Source: an uncultured Gemmatimonadales bacterium (lineage in GTDB: Bacteria > Gemmatimonadota > Gemmatimonadetes > Gemmatimonadales > GWC2-71-9). From it: a DNA stretch of 64,000 bases. Every line of letters starts with the position of its first letter. Position 1 is the stretch's first letter. Under the pieces are notes generated by a model. It was not told where the DNA came from. It did no database searches and saw only the letters and a list, made by a program, of their open reading frames with translations. Positions 19,785 to 33,873 of the stretch are shown here, piece by piece. The stretch spans positions 256,001-320,000 of the forward strand of contig CAVVKJ010000005.1 in the NCBI GenBank assembly GCA_963748815.1, read 5' to 3'. A program made the position numbers and the translations under genes.

Positions 19785-20948
19785 CTATTTCAGCATCAAC
19801 TTGGCAATCGTCTGAAGCTGCATATTGCTGGTCCCCTCGTAAATCGTGCCGATCTTTGCATCCCGATAGAACTTTTCGGCGGGGTATTCCTTCGAATAGC
19901 CGTACCCGCCGAAGAGCTCGAGGCATTGGGAGGTGATCCGGTCGGCGACTTGCGAGCTGAAGAGCTTGGCCATGGCGGCCTCGCGCAGGAACGGCTGTCC
20001 GGCGCACTTGATCCGCGCCGCGTTGTAGACCATCAGCTTGGCCGCTTCCAGCTCGGTGCCCATCTGGGCGAGCTGGAACTGGATGCCCTGGAACTCCGCG
20101 ATCGGCTTACCGAACTGCTTCCGTTCCTTCACGTAGGCGGTGGCCGCTTCGAGCGCGCCGGTCGCCACGCCGATCATCTGGGCGCCGATCCCGATCCGGC
20201 CCTCGTTCAGTGTCTCGATGGCGATCTTGTAGCCCACGCCGACGGGCCCGAGGACGTTCTCGTCCGGGACGATGCAGTTCTCGAGGATCAACTCCGTCGT
20301 GCTCGAGGCGCGGATGCCGAGCTTGTCTTCCTTCTTGCCGACCTTGAATCCCTCGAAGTCCCGCTCGATCAGGAACCCGGTGATGCCCTTGTAGCCCTTC
20401 GAGAAATCGGTGTTCGCGAAGACGATGAAGAGCTCCGCCTCGGCACCATTGGTGATCCAGAACTTCCGGCCCGTCAGCTCCCAGTGGTCGCCCTTCCGCT
20501 CCGCCTTCGTCTCGAGGGCGAAGGCGTCGCTGCCGCTCGCCGGCTCGGAGAGGGCGAAGGCGCCGAGCATCTCGCTCGCCATTCTCGGCAGGTACTTCGT
20601 GTGGAGTGCTGGCGATCCCCACCGCAGCACGCAGTTGTTGACCAGGGTGTTGTGGACGTCGACGTAGATGGCCGCCGAGGCGTCCACCCGGGCGAGCTCC
20701 TCGATGGCGAGGACGGCCAGGAAGATGTTTCCGCCGGCGCCCCCGAACCGTTCCGGAATCTCCACGCCCATCAATCCGAGCTCGAAGAACTTGGGGATGA
20801 TGTCCGGATTGAACTGGGCGCGGGCGTCCATGTCGTGGACGTGGGGTCGGATCTCGCTCTCGGCAAATTCGCGGACCGCGCTCCGGAACATCTCCTCTTC
20901 CTCGGTCAGGGTCGTGATCGGGAGGGGGGCGGTCGTCAGGTCAGTCAT
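19785..20948 (-). CDS. Acyl-CoA dehydrogenase (short/branched-chain type)
   Basis: FALSEP.SGSD, GRKFWITN, KLGIRASST, RKQFGKPI and IYEGT. Confidence 0.95.
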   Translation of the reverse strand: MTDLTTAPLPITTLTEEEEMFRSAVREFAESEIRPHVHDMDARAQFNPDIIPKFFELGLMGVEIPERFGGAGGNIFLAVLAIEELARVDASAAIYVDVHNTLVNNCVLRWGSPALHTKYLPRMASEMLGAFALSEPASGSDAFALETKAERKGDHWELTGRKFWITNGAEAELFIVFANTDFSKGYKGITGFLIERDFEGFKVGKKEDKLGIRASSTTELILENCIVPDENVLGPVGVGYKIAIETLNEGRIGIGAQMIGVATGALEAATAYVKERKQFGKPIAEFQGIQFQLAQMGTELEAAKLMVYNAARIKCAGQPFLREAAMAKLFSSQVADRITSQCLELFGGYGYSKEYPAEKFYRDAKIGTIYEGTSNMQLQTIAKLMLK

Positions 20949-21014
20949 GGGAGTCCTCCCCGCCTGGCGGGGGCTTTGGGTCGAGCGGGAAGATACCCGC
21001 GGACCCCGAAGCGT

Positions 21015-22847
21015 TCAACGCGGGCCGAGGACCTCCAGCACGACGGGCACCCGCCCAAGCGGCGCGGCGATCTGGACCCCCTGCACGCGCGGGCGGACCG
21101 CCTCGAGCAGTTCCCGGGCGATCTGCACCCCCTCCGCGAGTCCCGCCTCCCGTCCCGCCGCGCTCGCCACCCGCATCCGCTCCAGAATGGCGGGGGGCAC
21201 CGATACGCCGGGGACCTCGTTGGCCAGGAACTCCGCGTTGCGCAGCGACACGAGGGGCCAGATACCGGCGATGATCGGGATGTTGTGCTTCGAGGCACGG
21301 TCGAGAAACCGGTCCAGCTGGTCGAGGTCGAACACCGGCTGGGTGACGGCGTACTCGGCGCCGGCGTCCACCTTCCACGCCAGGCGCGACAGTTCGCGCT
21401 CCATGTCGGGCGCCGTCGGATTCGCGCCGACGCCGATCACAAACCTGGTGGGAGTCCCGATGGCGTTGCCGCCCGGGTCGAGTCCGTGGTTGAGCCGGGA
21501 GACGAGGTTGGTGAGCCCGATGGCGTCGATGTCGAAGACCGCGGTCGCATCGGGGTAGGGGCCCATCTTGGGCGGATCGCCGGTGATGATGAGCAGGTTG
21601 CGGAGCCCCGCGGCCGCGGCGCCGAGCAGGTCGGAGAGCATGCCGAGGAGGTTGCGGTCCCGGCAGGCGTAGTGGACCACCGCCTCGAGCCCGACTTCCC
21701 GTTCGATCATGAGACCGGAGAGGAGTGCGCCCATGCGGCTCTGCGCCCGGGGGCCGTCGGGCACGTTGACCGCGTCGACCCCGGCCGCCTTCAGCGCGCG
21801 TACCTGCGCGAACATCGGCGCGGGATCCACGCCCTTCGGTGGGACGATCTCCACGGTGGTCACGAACTCCCCGGCGGCCAGCTTTGCCCCGAGCCGCGAG
21901 CGTTCCGCGAGCGGCACGGCGGGGACGCCCTGGGCAGCCGCCGGCGCCGCGGCAATCGCCGAGGCATGCCTCGGCGAGACGCTCTGCACGAAGCCGACCA
22001 TCGCCTTGATGTGCTCCGGTGTCGTGCCGCAGCAGCCGCCGACGATCCGGGCGCCCGCCTCCACCATGCGCCGAGCATAGCCCGCCATGTACTCGGGCGA
22101 CGCCATGTACATCTTGCGCCCGCCGACGTCGCGCGGGAGACCGGCGTTGGGCATGGCGCTGAGCGGCAGGGTGACGACCTTGGCCAGGTGTTCGATGGCC
22201 TCGAGGACGCCATGCGGGCCGACGGAGCAATTGACCCCGATGACGTCCACGCCCATGGCGGCGATGGCGGGGCCGAAGGCGGAGGGGGCCGTCCCGTAGT
22301 AGGTGCGGCCGTCCTCCCCGACGGTCATCTGCGCGATGATGGGGAGGTCGGAAATGGCGCGGATGGCGTTGACCGCCGCGCGGAGCTCCTCGACGTCGCT
22401 GAAGGTCTCCAGCAGGAAGCCGTCCACCCCGCCCGCCAGCAGTCCGGCGGCCTGCCGCGCGAACGCCGCCTCCGCCTCCGCCACCGACGTTTCGCCGAAC
22501 GGTTCGATGCGGATGCCGAGCGGCCCGATGGCGCCGACTACACAGGCGCGGTCCCCGGCGGCTTCCCGCGCGAGGTGAGCCGCCGCCTCGTTGATGGCCT
22601 CCGTGTCGGCGGAGAGGCCGTGATGCGCCAGCTTGACGGGGTTGGCGCCGAAAGTGTTGGTCTCGATCAGTTCAGCGCCCGCCCGCACGTACTCCCGGTG
22701 CACGTCGCGGATGACGTCGGGCTGCCGCAGGTTGAGCTCGTCGTAACAGACGTTGAGGAACAGCCCCTTGCTGTAGAGCATCGTCCCCATCGCGCCGTCG
22801 GAGACATGCACGTGGCCGTCGGCCAGCAGTTGGCGCAGGTCAGGCAT
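21015..22847 (-). CDS. yitJ: Bifunctional homocysteine S-methyltransferase / methylenetetrahydrofolate reductase (YitJ-like)
   Basis: DGAMGT, GVNCSVGP and GGCCGTTP, plus MTHFR domain 'HYACRDRN', 'ITGDPPK' and 'TQPVFD'. Confidence 0.9.
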   Translation of the reverse strand: MPDLRQLLADGHVHVSDGAMGTMLYSKGLFLNVCYDELNLRQPDVIRDVHREYVRAGAELIETNTFGANPVKLAHHGLSADTEAINEAAAHLAREAAGDRACVVGAIGPLGIRIEPFGETSVAEAEAAFARQAAGLLAGGVDGFLLETFSDVEELRAAVNAIRAISDLPIIAQMTVGEDGRTYYGTAPSAFGPAIAAMGVDVIGVNCSVGPHGVLEAIEHLAKVVTLPLSAMPNAGLPRDVGGRKMYMASPEYMAGYARRMVEAGARIVGGCCGTTPEHIKAMVGFVQSVSPRHASAIAAAPAAAQGVPAVPLAERSRLGAKLAAGEFVTTVEIVPPKGVDPAPMFAQVRALKAAGVDAVNVPDGPRAQSRMGALLSGLMIEREVGLEAVVHYACRDRNLLGMLSDLLGAAAAGLRNLLIITGDPPKMGPYPDATAVFDIDAIGLTNLVSRLNHGLDPGGNAIGTPTRFVIGVGANPTAPDMERELSRLAWKVDAGAEYAVTQPVFDLDQLDRFLDRASKHNIPIIAGIWPLVSLRNAEFLANEVPGVSVPPAILERMRVASAAGREAGLAEGVQIARELLEAVRPRVQGVQIAAPLGRVPVVLEVLGPR

Positions 22848-22867
22848 TCGGCATCCTCCCGCGTGAC

Positions 22868-26581
<3,714 letters not shown>

Positions 26582-26627
26582 GCGGGGCTCCAACAACGAC
26601 GCCCGGAACCAAAACGGCTCCAGGCGA

Positions 26628-26679
26628 GCGTTTTAGCAGGTTGTTTAACGTGGCCGCAATATGCGCAAATCACCACGAA
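26628..26679 (-). ncRNA. SAM-II (SAM_alpha-like) riboswitch
   Basis: Minus strand reads CGUGGUGAUUUGCGCAUAUUGCGGCCACGUUAAACAACCUGCUAAAACGC: P1 CGUGGU/GCCACG, UGAUUU loop, UUGC and GCUAAA; lies in the metH leader. Confidence 0.75.
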
Positions 26680-26735
26680 TCGATTGGTCAGACCCCTGAA
26701 TTGTACCCGCCGGCCTCTCAATGGCAAGGGTGGCA

Positions 26736-27032
26736 TCAGTCGGGTGGCAGCCCCATCGCAATCACCGCGGCGGCGCGCCCGACACCGCGGATGAGCACGG
26801 TCTTCTGGCGTCCCCCGTGCCCGGCGGTGATTTCCACCGCCCGGTTCGGCACGCCGAGCGTGGCGGCCAGGAAGCGGATCAGTTCCTCGTTGGCCGCGCC
26901 GTCCACCGGCGGCGCCGAGAGCCGGATCCGGACGGTGTCTCCGTGGATGCCTGCCACCTCGGTCCGGGAGGCGCGAGGCTGGATGCGGAGCCGGAGCCGC
27001 ACCCCGTCGTCGGTGCCCTCCACCGGATTCAT
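26736..27032 (-). CDS. DUF167/UPF0235 (YggU) protein
   Basis: 'LRIQPRASR', 'APPVDGAANEELIRFLA' and 'GHGGRQK'. Confidence 0.88.
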   Translation of the reverse strand: MNPVEGTDDGVRLRLRIQPRASRTEVAGIHGDTVRIRLSAPPVDGAANEELIRFLAATLGVPNRAVEITAGHGGRQKTVLIRGVGRAAAVIAMGLPPD

Positions 27033-27601
27033 CGAAGGAGACCGAGCAGGAGCGAGCGCAGGAGGACGAGCGCGAGCCAGGCCACGAGCGGACTGAAGTC
27101 GATCATGCCCATCGGGGGCAGGACGCGGCGGATCGGGGCGACCAGCCACTCGGTGAGCAGGATGATGGGCCGAAATTGACGGTGGTAGATGCCGATGCCG
27201 AACCACGACGCCACGACCCGGATGATCAGCGCGGCGATCAACAGGGAAAAGACGCCGTTGATCAGGAACGCCGCCACGCCGCCCGCGCCGCTCCCGGCCG
27301 CCAGGCGGGCCCGGAACCAGAAGCTGACCAGCCAGTCGGCGAGTGCAATCAGCAGGAGCCCGCCGAGGATCGTGAAGCCGAACAGCCAGAGGGGCGCATC
27401 CTGGGGGTTGCGTCCGGCGCGGGCCAGCCGCGACTCGATGGGGCGGAGGATGGGGTCCGAGAACCGGCGCACCAGGCGGGGCCACGCCCCGAACGGGGCG
27501 ATGTGCCGGGCGCGCACCAGCCAGAAGGTCAGCGCCACGACGGTGGCGTAGATCAGGGCGACGACGCTGGCGCCGCGGGCCAGCAAGCCGATCAGGCCCA
27601 T
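27029..27601 (-). CDS. YggT family membrane protein
   Basis: 'LTEWLVAPIRRVLPPMGMIDFSP'; adjacent to DUF167. Confidence 0.88.
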   Translation of the reverse strand: MGLIGLLARGASVVALIYATVVALTFWLVRARHIAPFGAWPRLVRRFSDPILRPIESRLARAGRNPQDAPLWLFGFTILGGLLLIALADWLVSFWFRARLAAGSGAGGVAAFLINGVFSLLIAALIIRVVASWFGIGIYHRQFRPIILLTEWLVAPIRRVLPPMGMIDFSPLVAWLALVLLRSLLLGLLR

Positions 27602-27608
27602 CGCGGGC

Positions 27609-28091
27609 TCACCGGCCGCTGGCCCGCTGCACCTTGTAGGGAGAGCTCCCGCCGTCGGAATCGGTGCAGGTCACGGTGAAGAGGCCGTCGTTGAGCGCCG
27701 ACTCCTCGAGGAGGTCCGTGGTGCCGCGACAGCTGGTCACGCGGTGGCCGAGCGGATTCCGGTACATCGCGAAGGCCATCGGCGGATTGGCGCGCGTGTC
27801 GATCTGTCGCGCGATGTTCGGCGTGAGGCTGTCGAGCCCGGCGGCGCGGAGCGAGGCCGGATACTTCCGCTGATTGGCGGCGGCGTAGGCCGCCAGGCGG
27901 TCGATGAGAAAGAACACGTCGCGGCCGAGGGCGGTCGCCTCGGCCTGGGCGGCGTCGCCGCTCGCCTGCGCGGGGCGGTTCGCCTGGGCCGGCGGCGCCG
28001 ACGCCTTGTCCTTGCCGCACGCGCCCCCGACTGCCACGAGGACGGCCAGCGCGGCTGCGCGGGTTGCCCCGCTATTCCATCGCGAATTCAC
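27609..28091 (-). CDS. Putative lipoprotein
   Basis: Hydrophobic signal with lipobox-like 'VGGAC'. Confidence 0.6.
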   Translation of the reverse strand: MNSRWNSGATRAAALAVLVAVGGACGKDKASAPPAQANRPAQASGDAAQAEATALGRDVFFLIDRLAAYAAANQRKYPASLRAAGLDSLTPNIARQIDTRANPPMAFAMYRNPLGHRVTSCRGTTDLLEESALNDGLFTVTCTDSDGGSSPYKVQRASGR

Positions 28092-29046
28092 GATTGAACA
28101 CCACCTCGAACGTGAAGGTCTTGGCCCGGCTCCGGGTCTCGATCAGGTCGGCGATGCGGCGCAGGCGCTCGGGGACGGCCATGATGCGCTCCTGCGCCTT
28201 CCGGCCCATTTCGTTCAGCCCGTCGAGCTTCTCGATCTTCCAGAACGCGATCTGCTCCTGGACAATCTTGAGGTAGTCGCGGGGCCCGTAGATCCCGGCC
28301 CGCCGGATCACCTCGGCGAAGTCGCGGAAGCCGGGAATGGTGAGCCCGGGCATGTCGATGCCGGGGAGGATGTGCGACGCCGACTCGAGCCCGCCGTTCG
28401 GATCGCGCTTGAGCACCTCGGCGAACACCGCGCGATAGAAGGTGAAGTGGCGCGCCTCCTCCATGGCCACCTTTTCGAGCACGTCGCCGAGCTGCGGGTC
28501 ATACTCGGCCACGATCTTCCCGGTTTCGGCGTGCGACCGCTGCGTGGCCCGCTCCTGCACCGAGGTATAGACGAAGACGCGGTAGGGGTCCTTGTCCCAG
28601 TCGGGATTGAATCCGGCCCGCATGTACTCGAACTGGATCTCCTCGAGCTTCCGCTGGTCGAGGAGGCCGGTGTCGCGGACGTAATCGTGGAGCACCTGGC
28701 CGTGACGGTCCTCCTCGGCGGTCCACAAGTTGAGCCAGTCCCGCCAGTGGCTGTCCTCGCCGGCGTGCGCCGCGAACACCCGGTGGAAGTGCGGGAGCCC
28801 CTCCTCCGTGAGGAGGTTGAGCGCCACGGCGGCGCGGGCCGGCACGGGAATGCCGTCGGCACGGCTCCGGGCGCGTTTGAGGTGATCGTCCACCGACTCG
28901 TCGGGCCCCGGGCCGATCAGGTCGTGCGGGAACCACAGCGGACGCTTCGCCTCGTGCGCCGCCATCAGCTCGCGCACGGTGTCCTCGAAGTCCCGCAGGA
29001 CCTCGAATTTCGCGATGATGTCCCGCGCGGTGTCACGAATGGTCAT
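28072..29046 (-). CDS. Soluble di-iron acyl-ACP desaturase (DesA-like)
   Basis: LTEEGLP, WTAEEDRHG, QERAT..SH and EEARH. Confidence 0.9.
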   Translation of the reverse strand: MTIRDTARDIIAKFEVLRDFEDTVRELMAAHEAKRPLWFPHDLIGPGPDESVDDHLKRARSRADGIPVPARAAVALNLLTEEGLPHFHRVFAAHAGEDSHWRDWLNLWTAEEDRHGQVLHDYVRDTGLLDQRKLEEIQFEYMRAGFNPDWDKDPYRVFVYTSVQERATQRSHAETGKIVAEYDPQLGDVLEKVAMEEARHFTFYRAVFAEVLKRDPNGGLESASHILPGIDMPGLTIPGFRDFAEVIRRAGIYGPRDYLKIVQEQIAFWKIEKLDGLNEMGRKAQERIMAVPERLRRIADLIETRSRAKTFTFEVVFNREFAME

Positions 29047-29149
29047 GGAGTCCTCCGGGGCTGCCGACCCCGAACGAGTGAGAGCCGGTGCGGTCGCGCC
29101 GCTCCGGCTCTCTAAGCTAACGCCCTGCTGCTGCTACCGCATCACCTGC

Positions 29150-29578
29150 TCAGGAGGACGGCATCGCCTTTTCCATGAGGTACCAGCTGCGGCCGCCGAT
29201 GTACCCGGTGCGCTCCATCACGCGCTGCCACCCCATCGCGACGAGGAACGCCTCGGAACGGAGGTCGTCCGTCCAAAATTCGACCAGATGCGCGCCGTGG
29301 CTCGCCGCACGCTCCTCGAAGGCGCCGAGCAGCCGGTGGGCGTGTCCCTGGCGCCGTTCGGCCGGGGCCACCGCCACCTCGACGAGGTGGGCCACGCCCC
29401 CCTGCAGGGTGTAGCGCAGGCCGCCAACCCAATCGCCGATTTCGCTGGTGAGGACGAGGTAGCGGTCTTCGACGCGACTCGTCGTGCCCTCGGTTTCGTC
29501 CTCCTCGGTCAGGAGGTCCGAAAACCAGGCCGAAAACTCCTCGTCCTGTTCCATTTCACGGATCGTGATTTCACTCAT
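29150..29578 (-). CDS. GNAT family N-acetyltransferase
   Basis: Motif A 'VAVAPAERRQGHAHRLL'. Confidence 0.8.
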   Translation of the reverse strand: MSEITIREMEQDEEFSAWFSDLLTEEDETEGTTSRVEDRYLVLTSEIGDWVGGLRYTLQGGVAHLVEVAVAPAERRQGHAHRLLGAFEERAASHGAHLVEFWTDDLRSEAFLVAMGWQRVMERTGYIGGRSWYLMEKAMPSS

Positions 29579-29735
29579 CGGTCCGGATTCTCCCCGTAGC
29601 GGGTCGGGCGAGAGTGCCCACCCGCAAATGGTCGGTTGCAACTTGGGTGCCACCAGGCATCCATTGCCAGGGGGCAGCTGCGGGCAAATGCCCATCATAT
29701 ATAGATGTTACACCGAATGGCTGTGTTTCGTTCCG

Positions 29736-31091
29736 TCACGACAGCCCGGTGGCGACGGCCGCCGCCAGGGCCACGGTGGCCAGCAGGGTGAGCAGGAGCG
29801 CGATCGGCCCTGCAAATTTCCACCATTCCTCGAGCCGGACCCCGACGGCGGCGACCATGGCCAGGAGCGCCCCGTTGGTGGGATTGACGAGGTCCATGAG
29901 CCCCACGCCGAACTGGTAGGCCAGCACGGTCACCTGCCGCGACAGGCCGAGGAGGTCGGAGAGCGGCACGAGGAGCGGCATGGTGAGGACGGCCTGTCCG
30001 CTGGTGCTGGGCACCGGCAGGTGGAGGAGGCCGTGTGCGACCATCATGCCCAGCGCGGTCAGGGTGACGGGGAGCTCGGCGACCGGGGCGAAGAGTCCGC
30101 GCACCACCGTGTCCACGATGTGCCCCTGGTTCATCACCACGAAAATGGCGCGGGCAAACCCGATGATCATCGCCGCGTACGCCATCGACTTGAAGCCGTC
30201 CACGTACGCCTCGGCGGTCCCGTCCAGGCCGAGCTTGCCAACGAGTCCCACCACGACGCCCATCGCGAAGAAGAGCGCCGACATCTGGTCGAAATCCCAC
30301 TCCCAGCGCAGGACGCCGATCACGAAGAGCGCGAAGCTCCCGACGATCAAGAGGAGAATCGTCCGCATCCGCCAGCCGCTTGCGCCGGCGGCCGCCTCCT
30401 GGGCGGTCGTCGCGACGCCGGCGGTCCGGGTGCGGCTGGCGTAGCGCATCGTGTACCAGATGTAGAGGCCGAGCGCCGGCACCAGGCATGCGACGCGAAA
30501 TCCCGACCCACTGAGGAGGGGCAGGCCGGCCACCTTTTGCGCGATGCCGACCATGAAGGGGTTGATGGGACTGAAGGTGGCCCCGACGACGGCGGCGCCG
30601 ATGCTCATGGCGACGGCGGTCACCCGGTTGAAGCCGAGGCGCGCCACCAGGAGGACGAGAATCGGTGCGAAGGCGATCAGCTCTTCCTGCATCTGGATCA
30701 GGATGCCGCCGAGCGCGAACACCACGCAGGAGATCGGGATGACGAGGGTGTCGTGGCCACGCAATCGTTCCACGAGTCCGTCGAGCAGCGTCCCGAAGAC
30801 GCCGGTGCGCTCGACGACGGTCCAGGCGGCGCCGACCAGGAAGACGAGGAAGATGACGGAGGCGGCGTCGGCCATCCCCTTCGGGATGTCGACCAGGGCG
30901 TCGGTCAGGGAGACCGGTGCCGGGGCGACAGCGCGATAGGTGCCGGGGACCACCACCTGCCGACCGGTGGCCGGGTCCTCCTGGCGGTCGTACTCGCCGG
31001 CGGGAATCACCCAGGTCAGGGCCGCCGCCGCCAGCACGAAGCCGGTCAGCAACACCAGGGGATGCGGGAGGCGAAACCGCAACAGGTTCAA
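29736..31091 (-). CDS. YfcC/DcuC family transporter
   Basis: 'LPHP', 'TWVIPAGEYDR', 'PINPF.VGIAQ' and 'PSTSGQAVLTMP'. Confidence 0.88.
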   Translation of the reverse strand: MNLLRFRLPHPLVLLTGFVLAAAALTWVIPAGEYDRQEDPATGRQVVVPGTYRAVAPAPVSLTDALVDIPKGMADAASVIFLVFLVGAAWTVVERTGVFGTLLDGLVERLRGHDTLVIPISCVVFALGGILIQMQEELIAFAPILVLLVARLGFNRVTAVAMSIGAAVVGATFSPINPFMVGIAQKVAGLPLLSGSGFRVACLVPALGLYIWYTMRYASRTRTAGVATTAQEAAAGASGWRMRTILLLIVGSFALFVIGVLRWEWDFDQMSALFFAMGVVVGLVGKLGLDGTAEAYVDGFKSMAYAAMIIGFARAIFVVMNQGHIVDTVVRGLFAPVAELPVTLTALGMMVAHGLLHLPVPSTSGQAVLTMPLLVPLSDLLGLSRQVTVLAYQFGVGLMDLVNPTNGALLAMVAAVGVRLEEWWKFAGPIALLLTLLATVALAAAVATGLS

Positions 31092-31357
31092 AGCGGCCGG
31101 CACGACTGCGCGACAGGAATCGCCTTGCCGCAGGCGATCGACTCATTCATCCCGGCGATGATGGGGCCGCAGGCCGTCGTCTGCGCCTGCTGCAGGGCGT
31201 CGGACTCTGAGGCCCCCGAGGCGGTCGCGGTGTTGCTGCGGCCGTTGTACTCGATGGTGACGGTGCACTCCACGTTCTGGCTGTTGAGCGTGGAGTAGAG
31301 GAGCATGGCGCCGAAGCCCACGGCGACGGCGATCGTGATCATGGTGCTGCGCTTCAT
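31088..31357 (-). CDS. Small membrane-anchored hypothetical protein with 4 Cys
   Basis: N-terminal TM, GGGGGGA SD-like sequence, stop overlaps the next start. Confidence 0.65.
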   Translation of the reverse strand: MKRSTMITIAVAVGFGAMLLYSTLNSQNVECTVTIEYNGRSNTATASGASESDALQQAQTTACGPIIAGMNESIACGKAIPVAQSCRPL

Positions 31358-31462
31358 GGGTCCCCCCGCGGGATCGAGTTGCCTTCAGAATACCCGCTCT
31401 CGGGTTCCGGCGTAACCGCGTCGCCTTGCTCCAGCCCCCGCGGGGCGGGTACCCTCCCCGTC

Positions 31463-33146
31463 ATGCGCACGTCTCGCCCCGGTCGCTTCCTGCCTCGCCG
31501 CCTGCCGCCGCTCGTCGCGCTGATCTGCGCGGGGTGGGTCTCCCCCGCAGTCGCGCAGCTCGGGTTTCGCGATCTCGACCCCCTGCACCCGGTGCCGGTG
31601 GAGGACGCGAACCCGGTGGCGCGATACGCCTTCGAGGCGCTGCTCCCCTGGGACTACGCCCAGCCGGCGGGGGGCGCGGGGGTGAACGTGATCGACCTGG
31701 ATCTTGCCTACGGGGTGGCGCTGAATTGGCACGCCGGCGTGCGGCTTCCGGTCGGGCTGGGGCCGGGCGGCGAAGTTGGCCTGGCAGGGGTCGGGGCCTT
31801 TGCGCTCTACAACCCGATCCGCGAGGGCGCCGCCGTGCCCGCGGTGTCGCTGCGGGGCGACTTCTTCTCGCCGAGCGGTCTTGCAGCGCGCGGCGGCCTG
31901 ACGGCAATCGCGACGCGGAGCCTCGGAGCCGCTCGGGTGCACCTGAACCTGGGCGCGGCGATCGGCGGGGACGAGGGCGAGGACCTCCCCTGGTGGCGCG
32001 GCGGTGTCGCGCTGGACTACACCTTCTTCCGGCCGAGCGTCCTCGTCGTCGGGGCGCTGGCGGCCTCCCAGGCGGGAGCGGACGACCCGACGGTCACCGA
32101 GGTGAGCGGCGGCGTGAAATGGCAGTGGACCCCCGGCATGGCCGTCCAGGCGGGTGCAGGGCGGCGGCTGAGCGCGAGCGGTCCCGATCTGCGGCTGACG
32201 TTCGGCGTCTCGAGCACCTTCGGGTTCCGTCGCCTGGTGCCGGTGCGCCCCCCGTCCGGGCCGGCGCGCGTGCGCGGCCGAGCCGAGCAGTACTACGCCC
32301 CCGGTTCGTTCAATTGGACCTTCCGGCGGGCGTATCCCGATGCCGCGCGGCTCTTCAACGCCTTCGACTACGGGCACGCCATCCTGTACGAGCGACTCAC
32401 TACCGATCCCGACGGCGATCCGGCGTGGCTCGAGGTCGGGAAGTTCGACTACCTCACCACCGACCTGCTGGTCCGCGCCACCGCGACTGCCGATCGCGGA
32501 GGAAGCGATCTTCCCGGCGTACGCCGCCCGCTACTGGCCGGCGGCGCTCGCCTTCGACTGGGCGCACCAGCTGCACCGGCAGGTGTACGACGCGTTGAGC
32601 GACGAACGGCTGACGCCGGAAGCGCGCGACTCACTCGTCGAGCGGCTGACCGACTACTACCTGTCGCGGCGCGACCTTGCGTTCGCTCCCGTGCCGAAGA
32701 GCATGGCGCTCATGCTCGGACAGCCCTATTCCGAGGCGTTTCACCATGCCTTCCCGAAGTTCAACGGGCTGATCTGGGCGTATCACTGGCTGCAGGTCGG
32801 CCTGTATGAACCGCTGATGGTCGAGGAGACCCCGGGGGCGCGCCGAGCCGGCATCAACGCCGCGCTCGCCCGCTTTCACGCGATGATCCCGGACAATTTC
32901 CCGGCCATCATGCCGATGACGCCGATGGTGGCACCCACCTTCACGGCCCGGCATCCGCGCGCCGCCGCCATCTTCGACAACCTGCACAGCCTGCACGACA
33001 TCATCTCCGACATCCTGCTCTCGGACGCGGTGGCCCCCGACAACAAGCGGGCCGCCATCGAGGCGGCCCTGCAGGAGTTCCGGGACGAAACCCGAAACGT
33101 GATGTCGGACGAGGCGTGGCGGGGGATTCCCGGGCACGCGCACTGA
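31463..33146 (+). CDS. Beta-barrel-like domain fused to a His-rich helical domain; one frameshift near 32477
   Basis: Signal peptide and amphipathic strands run without a stop into 'EQYYAPGSFNW..FDYGHAILYE'; the reading continues in the +1 frame 'PPRLPIAEE..FDWAHQLHRQ..DNLHSLHD'. Confidence 0.65.
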
Positions 33147-33147
33147 G

Positions 33148-33873
33148 TCAGCCGCTGGCCATCGCCCCGAGGACGCTCGGCAGCGCGCCGATGATCCAGA
33201 CGATCGCGGCGCCGACCAGCGCCTTGCTCATCGGGATCTTCCCGACGACGCGGAGACCGACCGCGACGAGGAAAGTGATCCAGAGGGTGAAGAGGTCCAC
33301 GCGCAGGAGCATCGCCATCAGCATCGTGGAGGCGGTGTCCGGGTCCAACGGCCGCGCCAGTCCGAGAGAGGTCGAGGCCCGACCCGTCAGCGACTCCTCC
33401 GGGAGGAGAAGCACCTGCGCGCCCGAGACCAGCAGTTCGAGGATTCGCGGAAAATAGCTGTAGGTGGCGATCATCATCGCGGCCCCGAGCGAGACCGCCG
33501 CGCCGACGATCTTGCCGGCGACCCAGGTGGTGAGCCCGAGCAGCAGGACGATGAACGGCACCATGACGAAGACCCCGACCGAGGCAAACTTCTCGGAGGT
33601 CGCACGCATGCTGGTGGCCATCTCCTCGGTCATCTGGGGGTTCTTGGCCAGGGTCTTCGCGATGTTGCGCGAGATCTCGGCGTCCATCATGGGCTGAAAC
33701 GCGCCCTTCAATCCCATGTAGATCGCCACGAACAGCACGATGAGGACGAGGAAGGGAACGAGGAACCCGGCATCCTTGCGGCGCTCGAACACGGCGGACG
33801 GCTTGATGAAGATCTCGAGGAAGTCTTCCCAGAGGGCGGCGCGTTCAGGGGTCGGTGCGGCGGGAGCGGTCAT
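33148..33873 (-). CDS. YIP1 family membrane protein
   Basis: 'EIFIKPSAVFE' followed by about 5 TM. Confidence 0.75.
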   Translation of the reverse strand: MTAPAAPTPERAALWEDFLEIFIKPSAVFERRKDAGFLVPFLVLIVLFVAIYMGLKGAFQPMMDAEISRNIAKTLAKNPQMTEEMATSMRATSEKFASVGVFVMVPFIVLLLGLTTWVAGKIVGAAVSLGAAMMIATYSYFPRILELLVSGAQVLLLPEESLTGRASTSLGLARPLDPDTASTMLMAMLLRVDLFTLWITFLVAVGLRVVGKIPMSKALVGAAIVWIIGALPSVLGAMASG

